Positions 14,158-22,613 of a stretch of 61,997 nt of DNA are shown here, in pieces. How positions within the stretch are numbered: position 1 is the first letter of the stretch; each line of letters starts with the position of its first letter. A model generated the notes under the pieces. It ran no database searches and was not told the origin of the DNA. It worked only from the letters and a program-made list of their open reading frames with translations. A program made the translations under genes and the position numbers. The stretch is from a bacterium (lineage in GTDB: Bacteria; Patescibacteriota; Patescibacteriia; CAZCGY01): positions 1 to 61,997 of the forward strand of contig JAZDGG010000067.1 of NCBI GenBank assembly GCA_043807225.1, read 5' to 3'.

Positions 14158-15207
14158 ATGATGACTTTCGCACACAATCTTCTCGCCCGTCATGCAGAGC
14201 TCGAGCAGCTCCTGCAGGATCCGTCGGTTATTGCCGACCGCGAACGTCTCACGCTGCTCACCAAGGAATACACGCGCCTCTCGCCGTCAGTGAACGTCGC
14301 GCGCGAGCTCATCACCGTTGAGACCAAGATCGCCGAGACCGAGCGATTCCTTGGGGAGGGAAGGGATGCCGAACTCCGCGCTATCGCGCAGGAGGAACAA
14401 AACGCGCTTGAGAAACGCCGCAGAACGCTCTGGCAGTTGCTCAAGGACTCCACCGTCAAGCGTGACCCGCTTGACGAGAAGAATATCATCGTAGAAATAC
14501 GCGCGGGAGTCGGCGGGGAAGAAGCCGCGCTGTTCGCCGCAACGCTTTTTCGCATGTATGCACGGTATGCAGAACGACAGGGATGGAAGACCAAACTCAT
14601 CGCTGCGAGCCGGACGGGAATTGGCGGGTTGAAGGAGGCCATTGTTGAAATTGCCGGATCACGGGTCTACCGGTCGTTGCGGTTCGAGAGCGGCGTCCAC
14701 CGCGTCCAGCGCGTGCCGGAAACCGAAAAAAGCGGACGGGTCCATACGTCGACGGCGACCGTTGTCGTTCTACCGGAGCCGGAAGCACTCGACGTTGAAC
14801 TGAAGCCCGAAGACGTCAAGATCGAAGCGACAACGTCATCGGGACACGGCGGACAGAGCGTCAAGACGACCTATTCGGCCGTTCGCCTCACTCACCTGCC
14901 TACCGGCTTGGTGGTGACCTGTCAGGACGAGCGGTCGCAAAAGCAGAACAAGGAACGCGCCCTGCAGGTGCTCCGTGCACGGCTTTTCGCGCTGCAAGAG
15001 GAGAAGCGCCGAAAGGAAACTTCCGATGCGCGGCGGAGCCAGATTGGCACAGGCGACCGCTCCGAAAAAATCCGCACGTACAACATCCCGCAGGACCGGG
15101 TGACCGATCACCGTCTCAAACAGAACTTCTCTGCGGTGACGGACATCCTCGATGGCAACATCGAGCGAATGGTTACTGCGCTTCAGAACGCCGATGACCG
15201 TTCGTGA
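14158..15207 (+). CDS. prfA: Peptide chain release factor 1
   Basis: I take ATG 14158 inside ORF 14023..15207. The product has the GGQ motif (SSGHGGQSV) and an RF1-type PxT tripeptide (here RVPETE). Confidence 0.95.
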   Translation: MMTFAHNLLARHAELEQLLQDPSVIADRERLTLLTKEYTRLSPSVNVARELITVETKIAETERFLGEGRDAELRAIAQEEQNALEKRRRTLWQLLKDSTVKRDPLDEKNIIVEIRAGVGGEEAALFAATLFRMYARYAERQGWKTKLIAASRTGIGGLKEAIVEIAGSRVYRSLRFESGVHRVQRVPETEKSGRVHTSTATVVVLPEPEALDVELKPEDVKIEATTSSGHGGQSVKTTYSAVRLTHLPTGLVVTCQDERSQKQNKERALQVLRARLFALQEEKRRKETSDARRSQIGTGDRSEKIRTYNIPQDRVTDHRLKQNFSAVTDILDGNIERMVTALQNADDRS

Positions 15208-16039
15208 GGCGCTGCGAGAAGGAACGAAGGCGCTGCGGTATTTTTCCATCCCGTCTGCGGAGTTGGATGCCGAGCTACTCCTCATCGATGCGCTTCGGAT
15301 AACGAAGGAAGACCTGCTCCGGCACCCTGACCGTCCGGTACCATCAAAACGACTTGGAGTCTACCAGGAACATATCCTTCGCCGCGGGCGGCACGAACCA
15401 ATCGCCACTATTGTCGGAACAAAGGAGTTTTTCGGTCGTGCGTTCCTCGTCACGCGACACGTGCTTGTTCCGCGCCCCGAATCCGAACTGCTCGTTGAGG
15501 AAATGATGAACCAGCTCCCGGCGGATCGCCCGGTGACCATCGCAGATATCGGCACGGGGAGTGGCTGCCTTGCCGTCTCGCTCGCTGCGGAGCTTCCGCA
15601 CGCGCGAATCGTTGCGACAGACATTTCTCCCGACGCGCTGCGCGTCGCCCGAAAGAATGCGGAGCGGCATCATGTCACCCCCCGAATCCGCTTTCTCCTC
15701 GGGGACCTTCTCCGCCCCGTTGCCCGCTTCCGCTTGGACGGGATCGTTGTAAACCTTCCCTACGTGCCCGAGGAGGAGATACGCGCAAACCCCGACGTGC
15801 AGTTTGAGCCGATTATTGCCCTGCGAGGAAGGTTGGGGCCCGAAAGGACGCTTGCGGCATTTCTCGCCCAGTGGTTTGAGCGAAACCAGCGCCCTATTAC
15901 GCTCATCGAGATTCATCCGAACCAGACGCAGCAAATCCTGCGCGAGAAGGAGAAGATCAGCATCAACGTCCGGATCAAAAAAGATCTCGCCGGCAGAGAC
16001 CGCCTCGCAATTCTCACATCGGATCGGTCAACACACTAG
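15194..16039 (+). CDS. prmC: Release factor glutamine methyltransferase (HemK/PrmC)
   Basis: ATG 15194 overlaps the prfA end by 14 nt. The product has the SAM motif IADIGTGSGCLAV and the catalytic NLPY (NPPY variant). Confidence 0.9.
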   Translation: MTVREALREGTKALRYFSIPSAELDAELLLIDALRITKEDLLRHPDRPVPSKRLGVYQEHILRRGRHEPIATIVGTKEFFGRAFLVTRHVLVPRPESELLVEEMMNQLPADRPVTIADIGTGSGCLAVSLAAELPHARIVATDISPDALRVARKNAERHHVTPRIRFLLGDLLRPVARFRLDGIVVNLPYVPEEEIRANPDVQFEPIIALRGRLGPERTLAAFLAQWFERNQRPITLIEIHPNQTQQILREKEKISINVRIKKDLAGRDRLAILTSDRSTH

Positions 16040-16074
16040 ACTGGCAGGATTTTCATTTGAATTCAGTACTGCCC

Positions 16075-16140
16075 CAAAAAGCATTCTAAGGGTCTGGAGT
16101 CCCACATCAGTCGCAGCATGGGTTGACTGCCAAGAAAAGG
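16075..16140 (-). repeat. Intergenic repeat element, copy B (shares the 15-nt core GTCTGGAGTCCCACA with 19800..19890)
   Basis: The core lies at 16092..16106. The flanks AAAAAGCATT... and ...TGGGTTGACTGCCAAGAAAAGG align with copy A. Confidence 0.6.
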
Positions 16141-16253
16141 GACAAAGACACGACGGTTGCATCGGACTCGTATTCCCGCGTGCGGCTTGGGGCTACGGGA
16201 AAACACCCCACACATTCTCGTGGGTGCGGAACACGCTTCGCGGCACTCTTTTT

Positions 16254-17363
16254 CTACTGCTGGGTTCCGTACGACACCCCCTCGTCCTCCGGTGTCACCT
16301 CGACCCACGTCGACCCGCGAGTGAAGACTGCGGGCTTTCCGTCCTCAAAGAAAAAATCTGTTCTGCTCGTTCGATCCTTCTTCGACCACGTGCCGACATT
16401 GGCGCCACCATCGATGAACAGCAGCGCTTTCCCCGTTCCGGTGACGTCGAGTGTCAGACGGCCTTTCTCGCCAACATCGAGAATTTTTGGGATGATCTGA
16501 AGAATGACATTCTTCACGTGAATCTGCTGGCCCGTGAGTGCATCCGTATGCGGCACGCCGGCATTCAGACGAGCGTAGTCATTTGTCGCTCGCGCATAGC
16601 GGTACTCAACGGCATAGGTGCGGCCGGAGAAGTCCGCTTTGGCGTATGCGCCGTCGGCGGGTCGCGCGGCAATCGGCGGATCGTCTTTGTACTGCCAAGA
16701 GGTAAAGGTTGGCGTCGCGGCGGCGAGCCCTATGTCCGCTAACGCCCGCGTTAGCAGATCACTGGACGTGAAGAGATTGTGTGGCGCTGCAATGGTGTGA
16801 TCGCGAAAGAAATACTTCGCTCCATGAGCGATACCGTTAAGATCTTTGATCGAAAATCCGCTGATCTCCTGGAGCGCCTCGGGGCTTCCGCCGGCGTGCG
16901 CATGAAGCGCATCAACCTCCGAGTTCCATTCCAGGTAGTACGGGCGGGCGGAACGGACGGGGCCGATTTTCTCCAGATGGTCGCCCGGACCCTCAAACAG
17001 CGCGAGAAAGCGCGTTGCACCACCTTCCGCCAGAGTTTCATAGACGATTGACGCGTCGGCAAGACCGGCTTGCGGCCTGACCTGCGCAAGGTTCTCGATC
17101 ATCACACCAACGGGATACGGCTGCGCGCTTCCGGCCGGGAGTGGTTCTCCGTCAAGAAGACGGTAGGAAACCGACGGCGTCGTTTTCGCTTTCAGCCGCA
17201 CTCCCGCTAAGAGCGAATTCTCTCCCCAAGGCAGATAGGTGACCAGAACCGAGCCGATGGTGATCCACGCGAAAACGACGCCAAGGATCAGTACAACGAC
17301 GAGAAGTAGTCGCGGGTCGCGAAAACGAAAATGTCTTTTGCTCTTTTTTTCTTCTTCCTGCAC
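16254..17363 (-). CDS. DUF3048 domain protein (YerB-like), membrane anchored
   Basis: The motifs MIENLAQVRPQAGLADASIVYETLAEGGATRFLALF and VRSARPYY, together with HAGGSPEAL, are typical of DUF3048. Confidence 0.85.
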   Translation of the reverse strand: MQEEEKKSKRHFRFRDPRLLLVVVLILGVVFAWITIGSVLVTYLPWGENSLLAGVRLKAKTTPSVSYRLLDGEPLPAGSAQPYPVGVMIENLAQVRPQAGLADASIVYETLAEGGATRFLALFEGPGDHLEKIGPVRSARPYYLEWNSEVDALHAHAGGSPEALQEISGFSIKDLNGIAHGAKYFFRDHTIAAPHNLFTSSDLLTRALADIGLAAATPTFTSWQYKDDPPIAARPADGAYAKADFSGRTYAVEYRYARATNDYARLNAGVPHTDALTGQQIHVKNVILQIIPKILDVGEKGRLTLDVTGTGKALLFIDGGANVGTWSKKDRTSRTDFFFEDGKPAVFTRGSTWVEVTPEDEGVSYGTQQ

Positions 17364-17369
17364 GATTCG

Positions 17370-18458
17370 TTATAAATAGCTTACGCCCCGGTCATCCGGC
17401 ACCATCTCCACCCACGTCTGGCCGGCAACGAAATGCACTTCTTGTTCTTGCGAATCGTAAAAGCGCGTTCGTTCGGTTGCCGAGGACTTTTTCCAGGTGA
17501 CCGGAATGTTCTGACCGTTCTGAAAAAGGACGCCGAGCCCTTCGCCGATCGTATCGATCTGCAGGCGCCCTGCTGCATCGGCTAGTTTCGTCGGCACATA
17601 CTGAATGACGATGTTCTTCGGAGTAATATTCCTCCCCTCCTCTGTTACTTGCGGTTGCTCGGCAAGAGAGCGAAGGTAGGTATTCTTCTGCGGATCATAG
17701 GTATAGCCGACCTTGTAGTTGAAGGAGGAAAAATCGATGGTGATTGTTTTTCGTGCTGTCGGACGCTCGGCAACCGGCGCGTCATCACGAAAGAGCCATG
17801 GATCGTAGCTGCCGACGAGCGGGGCATCTTTGTCGCGCAGCGCTCGCGCGATCAGTGTCGATGACGTGTAGAGGGTATGTTCAAGCGCTTTCGTTTTCAA
17901 TCGATCGGCATCTCGCCAGAAATACTGGCTGTTGTAGAATTGGTTGAAATCTTCGATTGCGGATCCAGAAATCGCTTGGAGTGCCTCTGGGCTTCCTCCC
18001 GCGTGCGCAAAGAGACAGCCGAGTTCCTGCACAATGCCGAGGTGAACGCCCCGCGCAGAACGAACAGGGCCGATCTTCTCCACATTGACCCCTGAGCCGT
18101 ACACCGCAAGAAAACGGGTAATGCCTCCCTCCGCAAGCGTTTCGTAGACCAGATTTGCCTGCTCAAGACCCGACTGCGGCCTTGCGGCAACCAGATTCTC
18201 AATAACAACGCAGGTAGGAAAGTAATTCGCATCCTTCACCCCAACGACAACCCCGTCAATCGCGCGACGGGCGCGCTGTTGCGTCGCCTGAGTATTGGTG
18301 TTCTTCGAGGTTGCAATTGGAGCCCCACCCCCGCCGAACAGCACATACCCGGCTCCTGCAGCAACAAGGAGGAGGAGAAGCACCAGCACGACGAACTGTG
18401 CTCGGCGGTTCTTTCGAAAGCTCCAGAGGGCATTTTTGATTGATTGGGAAAACGACAT
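17370..18458 (-). CDS. DUF3048 domain protein (tandem paralogue)
   Basis: VIENLVAARPQSGLEQANLVYETLAEGGITRFLAVY, VRSARGVH and HAGGSPEAL show the same architecture as the neighbouring gene. Confidence 0.85.
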   Translation of the reverse strand: MSFSQSIKNALWSFRKNRRAQFVVLVLLLLLVAAGAGYVLFGGGGAPIATSKNTNTQATQQRARRAIDGVVVGVKDANYFPTCVVIENLVAARPQSGLEQANLVYETLAEGGITRFLAVYGSGVNVEKIGPVRSARGVHLGIVQELGCLFAHAGGSPEALQAISGSAIEDFNQFYNSQYFWRDADRLKTKALEHTLYTSSTLIARALRDKDAPLVGSYDPWLFRDDAPVAERPTARKTITIDFSSFNYKVGYTYDPQKNTYLRSLAEQPQVTEEGRNITPKNIVIQYVPTKLADAAGRLQIDTIGEGLGVLFQNGQNIPVTWKKSSATERTRFYDSQEQEVHFVAGQTWVEMVPDDRGVSYL

Positions 18459-18467
18459 AGGGAATGC

Positions 18468-19154
18468 TTATGACTTCGCTTCTTTCGCGGGTTCCTCGGT
18501 CGGCAAATCTACCTCTTCTTCTTTTTCTTCCTTCTCGACTTTTTCAACCTTCGTCACATCTTCTTCGACGGTCTGATCAAGCTCCGCAAGTTCCGCTTCG
18601 GTACGAGGTGCCTCGACGTGGGCGATAATGTTTTCTGGATCCGTGATGAGTTCCAACCCTTTCGGCAAGGCAAGATCGCGGACACGAAGAACATCGTCGA
18701 ATGTTTTTAGCACGCCGATGTGCACGGGGATCTCTTTGACCAAATCTTGCGGGAGACACTGCACATCGATTGCATCATGATCCTTGACGAGCGTTCCGCC
18801 GAGTTCTTTGACTGCAGGTGATTCGCCCTCAAGATGCAACTCAACCGTGACGTCAACCTTCTCCTTCATATTCACCTGGTGAAAATCGACATGGAGAATC
18901 TTTCCGCTCGCCGGTTCAAATTGGATGTCTTGGATGATGGCCTTCACCGGATCCGCCTCCCCGATCTTCAGATCAATCAGGGAACTCTCTCCCGCTTTCT
19001 TCCAGACTTTCCGAAATGGCACTTCATTGACTTCAAGGACGATATTCGAGGTCGTATGGCCATAGACAACCGCAGGAATGCGATTGTGTTTGCGTAGAGC
19101 GTTTGTCCGTTTTCCACGGACTTCTCTCTGTTGTGCGGTCAGAATCAACGTCAT
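18468..19154 (-). CDS. rplY: 50S ribosomal protein L25 / general stress protein Ctc
   Basis: REVRGKRTNALRKHNRIPAVVYGH...ILHVDFHQV is followed by an acidic C-terminal tail. Confidence 0.9.
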   Translation of the reverse strand: MTLILTAQQREVRGKRTNALRKHNRIPAVVYGHTTSNIVLEVNEVPFRKVWKKAGESSLIDLKIGEADPVKAIIQDIQFEPASGKILHVDFHQVNMKEKVDVTVELHLEGESPAVKELGGTLVKDHDAIDVQCLPQDLVKEIPVHIGVLKTFDDVLRVRDLALPKGLELITDPENIIAHVEAPRTEAELAELDQTVEEDVTKVEKVEKEEKEEEVDLPTEEPAKEAKS

Positions 19155-19244
19155 GGTTCCTTTCGTTCGATCATCAGCAACGAAGTCCGGGAATGATTCG
19201 GCACTCCCTTGACTCCTCCTTTTTGTCTGATCCTCCTTTTAGTC

Positions 19245-19604
19245 TTAGGGTGAGCGATCGAGTTCGTCGAGAAAGTTTCGTTCTGGCCCAAAGAGCACCT
19301 GGTGCGCCGCGAGAACGTCATCGCTTTCGATCGCCTCACTTTTGCGAAACCGCAGCACTTCTTCCCCGGTGAGATCCGTCACGAGACTCACGGAGCTGAT
19401 CCCCAGCCCACCGGTGAGTACCAGCCCGACAATCGAGCTGCCACATTTTCTGCATTCGATGTGGATGAGGTGCGCATCCTCCCGCTCCTCAAGAATCTCT
19501 GCCGTCAGCGGGTTGTAGTGCGTGCTGCACATTGGGCAATAGCTAACCAGCCGAAGGCTTTCTGAGGCCGAGGGGAAGAGCGGAAAGGGGTTGCGTTGCT
19601 GCAT
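19245..19604 (-). CDS. Hypothetical zinc-ribbon protein (119 aa)
   Basis: A CPMC...CRKC pair precedes a Gly-rich hydrophobic segment. I did not recognise any family. Confidence 0.55.
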   Translation of the reverse strand: MQQRNPFPLFPSASESLRLVSYCPMCSTHYNPLTAEILEEREDAHLIHIECRKCGSSIVGLVLTGGLGISSVSLVTDLTGEEVLRFRKSEAIESDDVLAAHQVLFGPERNFLDELDRSP

Positions 19605-19799
19605 AGTGGCAAAAGTGATAACTGTACCTCAAAGTATAGCACGCGTCGGCTCCCTTGGTCAACCCCAATATTTGCACGTCGTTGTTCTTGTTAGCAGTTG
19701 CAAATAAATGGGGTCAAATCAAATGGTACAACCTCGACTTTCTTCCTGCTGAGCGAAGTTTCAGTCGGCGAAGGCCAATGTTCATCATTGGATCTGGAG

Positions 19800-19890
19800 A
19801 AAAACATTGCCAAGCGGGGATTGGGAGTCTGGAGTCCCACACCATTCACGGTATCGTGAATGGCGTGGGATTGCTGTCAAGAAAAATGAC
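19800..19890 (-). repeat. Intergenic repeat element, copy A, with a 14-bp hairpin
   Basis: The core GTCTGGAGTCCCACA lies at 19827..19841 and the hairpin at 19836..19869. The single mismatch is A-C in plus sense but G-U in minus sense. Confidence 0.6.
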
Positions 19891-19944
19891 GCGGGCCGTG
19901 GGAAACGTGCATCACATGGATAACGTCCCCGAGGTCGGGAAAAT

Positions 19945-21060
19945 TCAACGTTGTTGAAAAGAAAACTGCCTGCTGCGCAGGGCAACGCTTTGGACAACGC
20001 CCATTGCGAAGAGCATGGCAATCAGCGAGCTTCCGCCGGCACTCACGAACGGGAGCGGGACCCCAGCGACCGGCAGAAGACCGAGGTTCATCCCCACATT
20101 CATCAGCATCTGGATAAAAATGACGAGCCCGATCCCAAAGACCAGGTACGCACCGAAATCGTTCGAACACTGCGAGGCGATTCGATAGATGCGAAAGAGG
20201 AGCCAGGCATAGAGCCCGAGGAGTGCCGATGCGCCCACAAGACCAAGCTCCTCGGCAATCACAGCAAAGATAAAGTCGGTCTTTTGCTCGGGGAGAAAAT
20301 TGAGCTGGCTCTGCGAGCCAAGGCCGAGTCCCCGCCCGAAGAATCTCCCGGAACCGATGGCAACGAGTGCCTGTTTTGCATTGTACCCGCGACCAAGAGG
20401 ATCGCGGCTCGGATCGAGAACAGTGAGAATGCGATCCCGCTGATACCCCTGCAGCAAAAACAACCAACTCACGACCGCAACGATCGCAAGAAGAACAAAG
20501 AGGACGAGCAGGTGAGAACGCCGGATGTTCACGAGAAGCACAAGTGCGAGAAATGTTCCGAGAAGGATGAGCGCCGATCCAAGATCCGGCTGCAGAATGA
20601 TCAAGAGGAGGAAGATCCCTGTCGCGGCGCCGCTCACAAGAAGATGACGAATCCGATAGAGCTCATTCCCGTGGTCGGTAAAATACCGAACAAGAAAAAT
20701 GACGAGAATGATCTTGATGATCTCCACCGGCTGGAACGTCACCCCGCCGAGTACAAACCAGCTACGGATGCCGCGGATTTCCGTTCCGAAGATTCGCAGG
20801 GCGATCAGAAGGAGGATCCCCACACCGAACAGCACCCACGCATAGCTGCGCAGGTAGCGGTAATCAAGAAAGCTCGCAAGAAAAAAGACGACGATCCCAA
20901 TCCCTACATACCACAGTTGATTCCAAAACGCCGCCACATTCTGGGATGAGACGTTGAGCGTGAGACTGTAGAGGATGACCAGGCCGTATGCAAGCAGAAT
21001 CAGGACGATGCCAACAAGCACCCAGTCAAGCGAACGCGCGTATGTGAGAACATTTTTCAT
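19945..21060 (-). CDS. FtsW/RodA/SpoVE family peptidoglycan glycosyltransferase
   Basis: The motif GRGLGLGSQSQLNFLPEQKTDFIFAVIAEELGLVGA and a profile of about 10 TM helices support the call. Confidence 0.9.
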   Translation of the reverse strand: MKNVLTYARSLDWVLVGIVLILLAYGLVILYSLTLNVSSQNVAAFWNQLWYVGIGIVVFFLASFLDYRYLRSYAWVLFGVGILLLIALRIFGTEIRGIRSWFVLGGVTFQPVEIIKIILVIFLVRYFTDHGNELYRIRHLLVSGAATGIFLLLIILQPDLGSALILLGTFLALVLLVNIRRSHLLVLFVLLAIVAVVSWLFLLQGYQRDRILTVLDPSRDPLGRGYNAKQALVAIGSGRFFGRGLGLGSQSQLNFLPEQKTDFIFAVIAEELGLVGASALLGLYAWLLFRIYRIASQCSNDFGAYLVFGIGLVIFIQMLMNVGMNLGLLPVAGVPLPFVSAGGSSLIAMLFAMGVVQSVALRSRQFSFQQR

Positions 21061-21190
21061 ACCCTCCTTCTCTCATGAACGAAGAGCAGCGTCAAGCCAC
21101 TGCAGCTTTGCAATCGATTCCTGGTGGGATGAGATAATGGAGGATGGGGAAAACCATCAATTGTCCGCCAGCGGAAGGGGTGGAACCGCA

Positions 21191-22006
21191 TCAAGTTGCC
21201 GAGGAATAGTCCGAAAGATTCACCGTCGCTTCGAGCAGTACCGCATCAACGTTCAACACCTGGTACAGCCGCAGATCAATCGGACGTTCCTCGGATGGAA
21301 GAACATCCGAAAGCACCAGCTGGCCAACACCAATGATCGTCCCCGCATTCATGAGGAGCGCGGTCACTTCAACCGATGGGAGTGCAAAAACCGCTGAGTT
21401 CGTCACCGTTCCCGTCACTTGGCTCAGCGGACTGCTGGGAACCGAGGAGAGGAGGTGGTAGGCGGGTTGTGCGACGGTCAGTGTGATCGCGGGGAGATCG
21501 GACACAGCACGAATCCGTTTCCAGCGAATGTTTGAAAACGTCACCGAGAGATCCGCTTGTGGACTCACGCTGGCGAGAAGAACTTTGAACTGCGCAAGAT
21601 ACCGTTCTTCGTCCGGGAAAAAACTCGCGCTGCCGTGCGCGAGGACCTTGCGGTCAAGCACGAATGCATAGTCGACCGATTCCACTGCCCATCGCGTCGA
21701 GGGATTGTGCGCGACAGCAACGAGATCGTATGCCTGATTCTGCCCGCCAAGAATCGCAGTCTTCGTGACGACCAATGGCGCGGGCTGAAGCCGTGGATCG
21801 ACGCTTGCATACTGAACACGATTCTCCGCAAGCGAAGTGATAAGGCGCTCTTCTGCCTTTGCCGAGAGCGCATACTGTACGCCGAGGACGATGGCGACGA
21901 GTACGAGCAAAAAATCTGCAAGAAGAAAGGCGACACGCCCGACCGTTCGGAGGGTGGGCCGGGAAGAAACAAGCCAAGAGCTGAGACGGAGTTCCTTGTC
22001 GTCCAT
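21191..22006 (-). CDS. Membrane-anchored hypothetical protein (271 aa)
   Basis: I take ATG 22006, with AAGGA 8 nt upstream. The rest of ORF 21191..22579 overlaps a divergent gene. One N-terminal TM helix (VAFLLADFLLVLVAIVLGV) precedes a beta-rich ectodomain. The gene lies upstream of the RodA-family gene. Confidence 0.6.
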   Translation of the reverse strand: MDDKELRLSSWLVSSRPTLRTVGRVAFLLADFLLVLVAIVLGVQYALSAKAEERLITSLAENRVQYASVDPRLQPAPLVVTKTAILGGQNQAYDLVAVAHNPSTRWAVESVDYAFVLDRKVLAHGSASFFPDEERYLAQFKVLLASVSPQADLSVTFSNIRWKRIRAVSDLPAITLTVAQPAYHLLSSVPSSPLSQVTGTVTNSAVFALPSVEVTALLMNAGTIIGVGQLVLSDVLPSEERPIDLRLYQVLNVDAVLLEATVNLSDYSSAT

Positions 22007-22099
22007 AGAGGTGATCCTTTGAAGATAGTGTAGCATATTTCGCGGTTTTTGCTGCTGACGCCCGAGCGTGGTATACTCAAGCCAGTTTTTCTCACGACC

Positions 22100-22438
22100 A
22101 TGACTGTTGATACAACAAAGGAAATCCTCTTCCTCATTCTCGCGCTCGCGATCGTCGTGCTCACGTTTTTCTGCGCGTGGGTTCTGTACTACATCGTCTC
22201 CATCATCCGGCAGGCGCATGGGGTGATGAAGGAAGTTTCGGATGGCGTTCAGAAACTTCACGAGATTCTCGATTCCATCCGTGAAACGATTCACCAGTCT
22301 TCTTCGCATCTTGGGCTCATCGTAGCTGCCGTCAGAAAGATTGGCGACCTCTACACCCGCCGGCGAGAAAAGCGGGCAGATCGGGAGGACGATAATGAGG
22401 GAAGAGACAGCGAGCCGCGTCGCGGAAGAAAAAAATAA
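22100..22438 (+). CDS. DUF948-like small membrane protein
   Basis: I take ATG 22100 inside ORF 22049..22438. An N-terminal TM helix (ILFLILALAIVVLTFFCAWVLYYIV) is followed by a helical region and a basic/acidic tail. Confidence 0.5.
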   Translation: MTVDTTKEILFLILALAIVVLTFFCAWVLYYIVSIIRQAHGVMKEVSDGVQKLHEILDSIRETIHQSSSHLGLIVAAVRKIGDLYTRRREKRADREDDNEGRDSEPRRGRKK

Positions 22439-22563
22439 TTGCGACTCGCACCTCCACGCGTCCCCACGCCGCTTGTTTCTGGTATTCGGGAACTTTCCAT
22501 CAAGGGAGCTTTTTTCGGCTCCCGTTTTCGCGGAGTGCGGGGGGCGAGCAACTGCACGCCGAT

Positions 22564-22592
22564 TTCTGAAATATGTCAAGTGCTGATATACT
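22564..22592 (+). promoter_or_regulatory. Sigma70-like promoter for dnaE (TTCTGA-N17-TATACT)
   Basis: The hexamers lie at 22564..22569 and 22587..22592. The leader is very short. Confidence 0.4.
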
Positions 22593-22613
22593 CAAGCAGT
22601 ATAGAACCCACTG

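Noticed and set aside
19951-20949. 332-aa plus-strand ORF.
   Set aside because: It is antisense to the RodA/FtsW-family gene and has a low-complexity charged composition.
22007-22579. N-terminal 191 codons of ORF 21191..22579.
   Set aside because: This part overlaps the divergent DUF948-like gene and the promoter DNA. ATG 22006 has a ribosome-binding site and gives a sensible N-terminal TM anchor.
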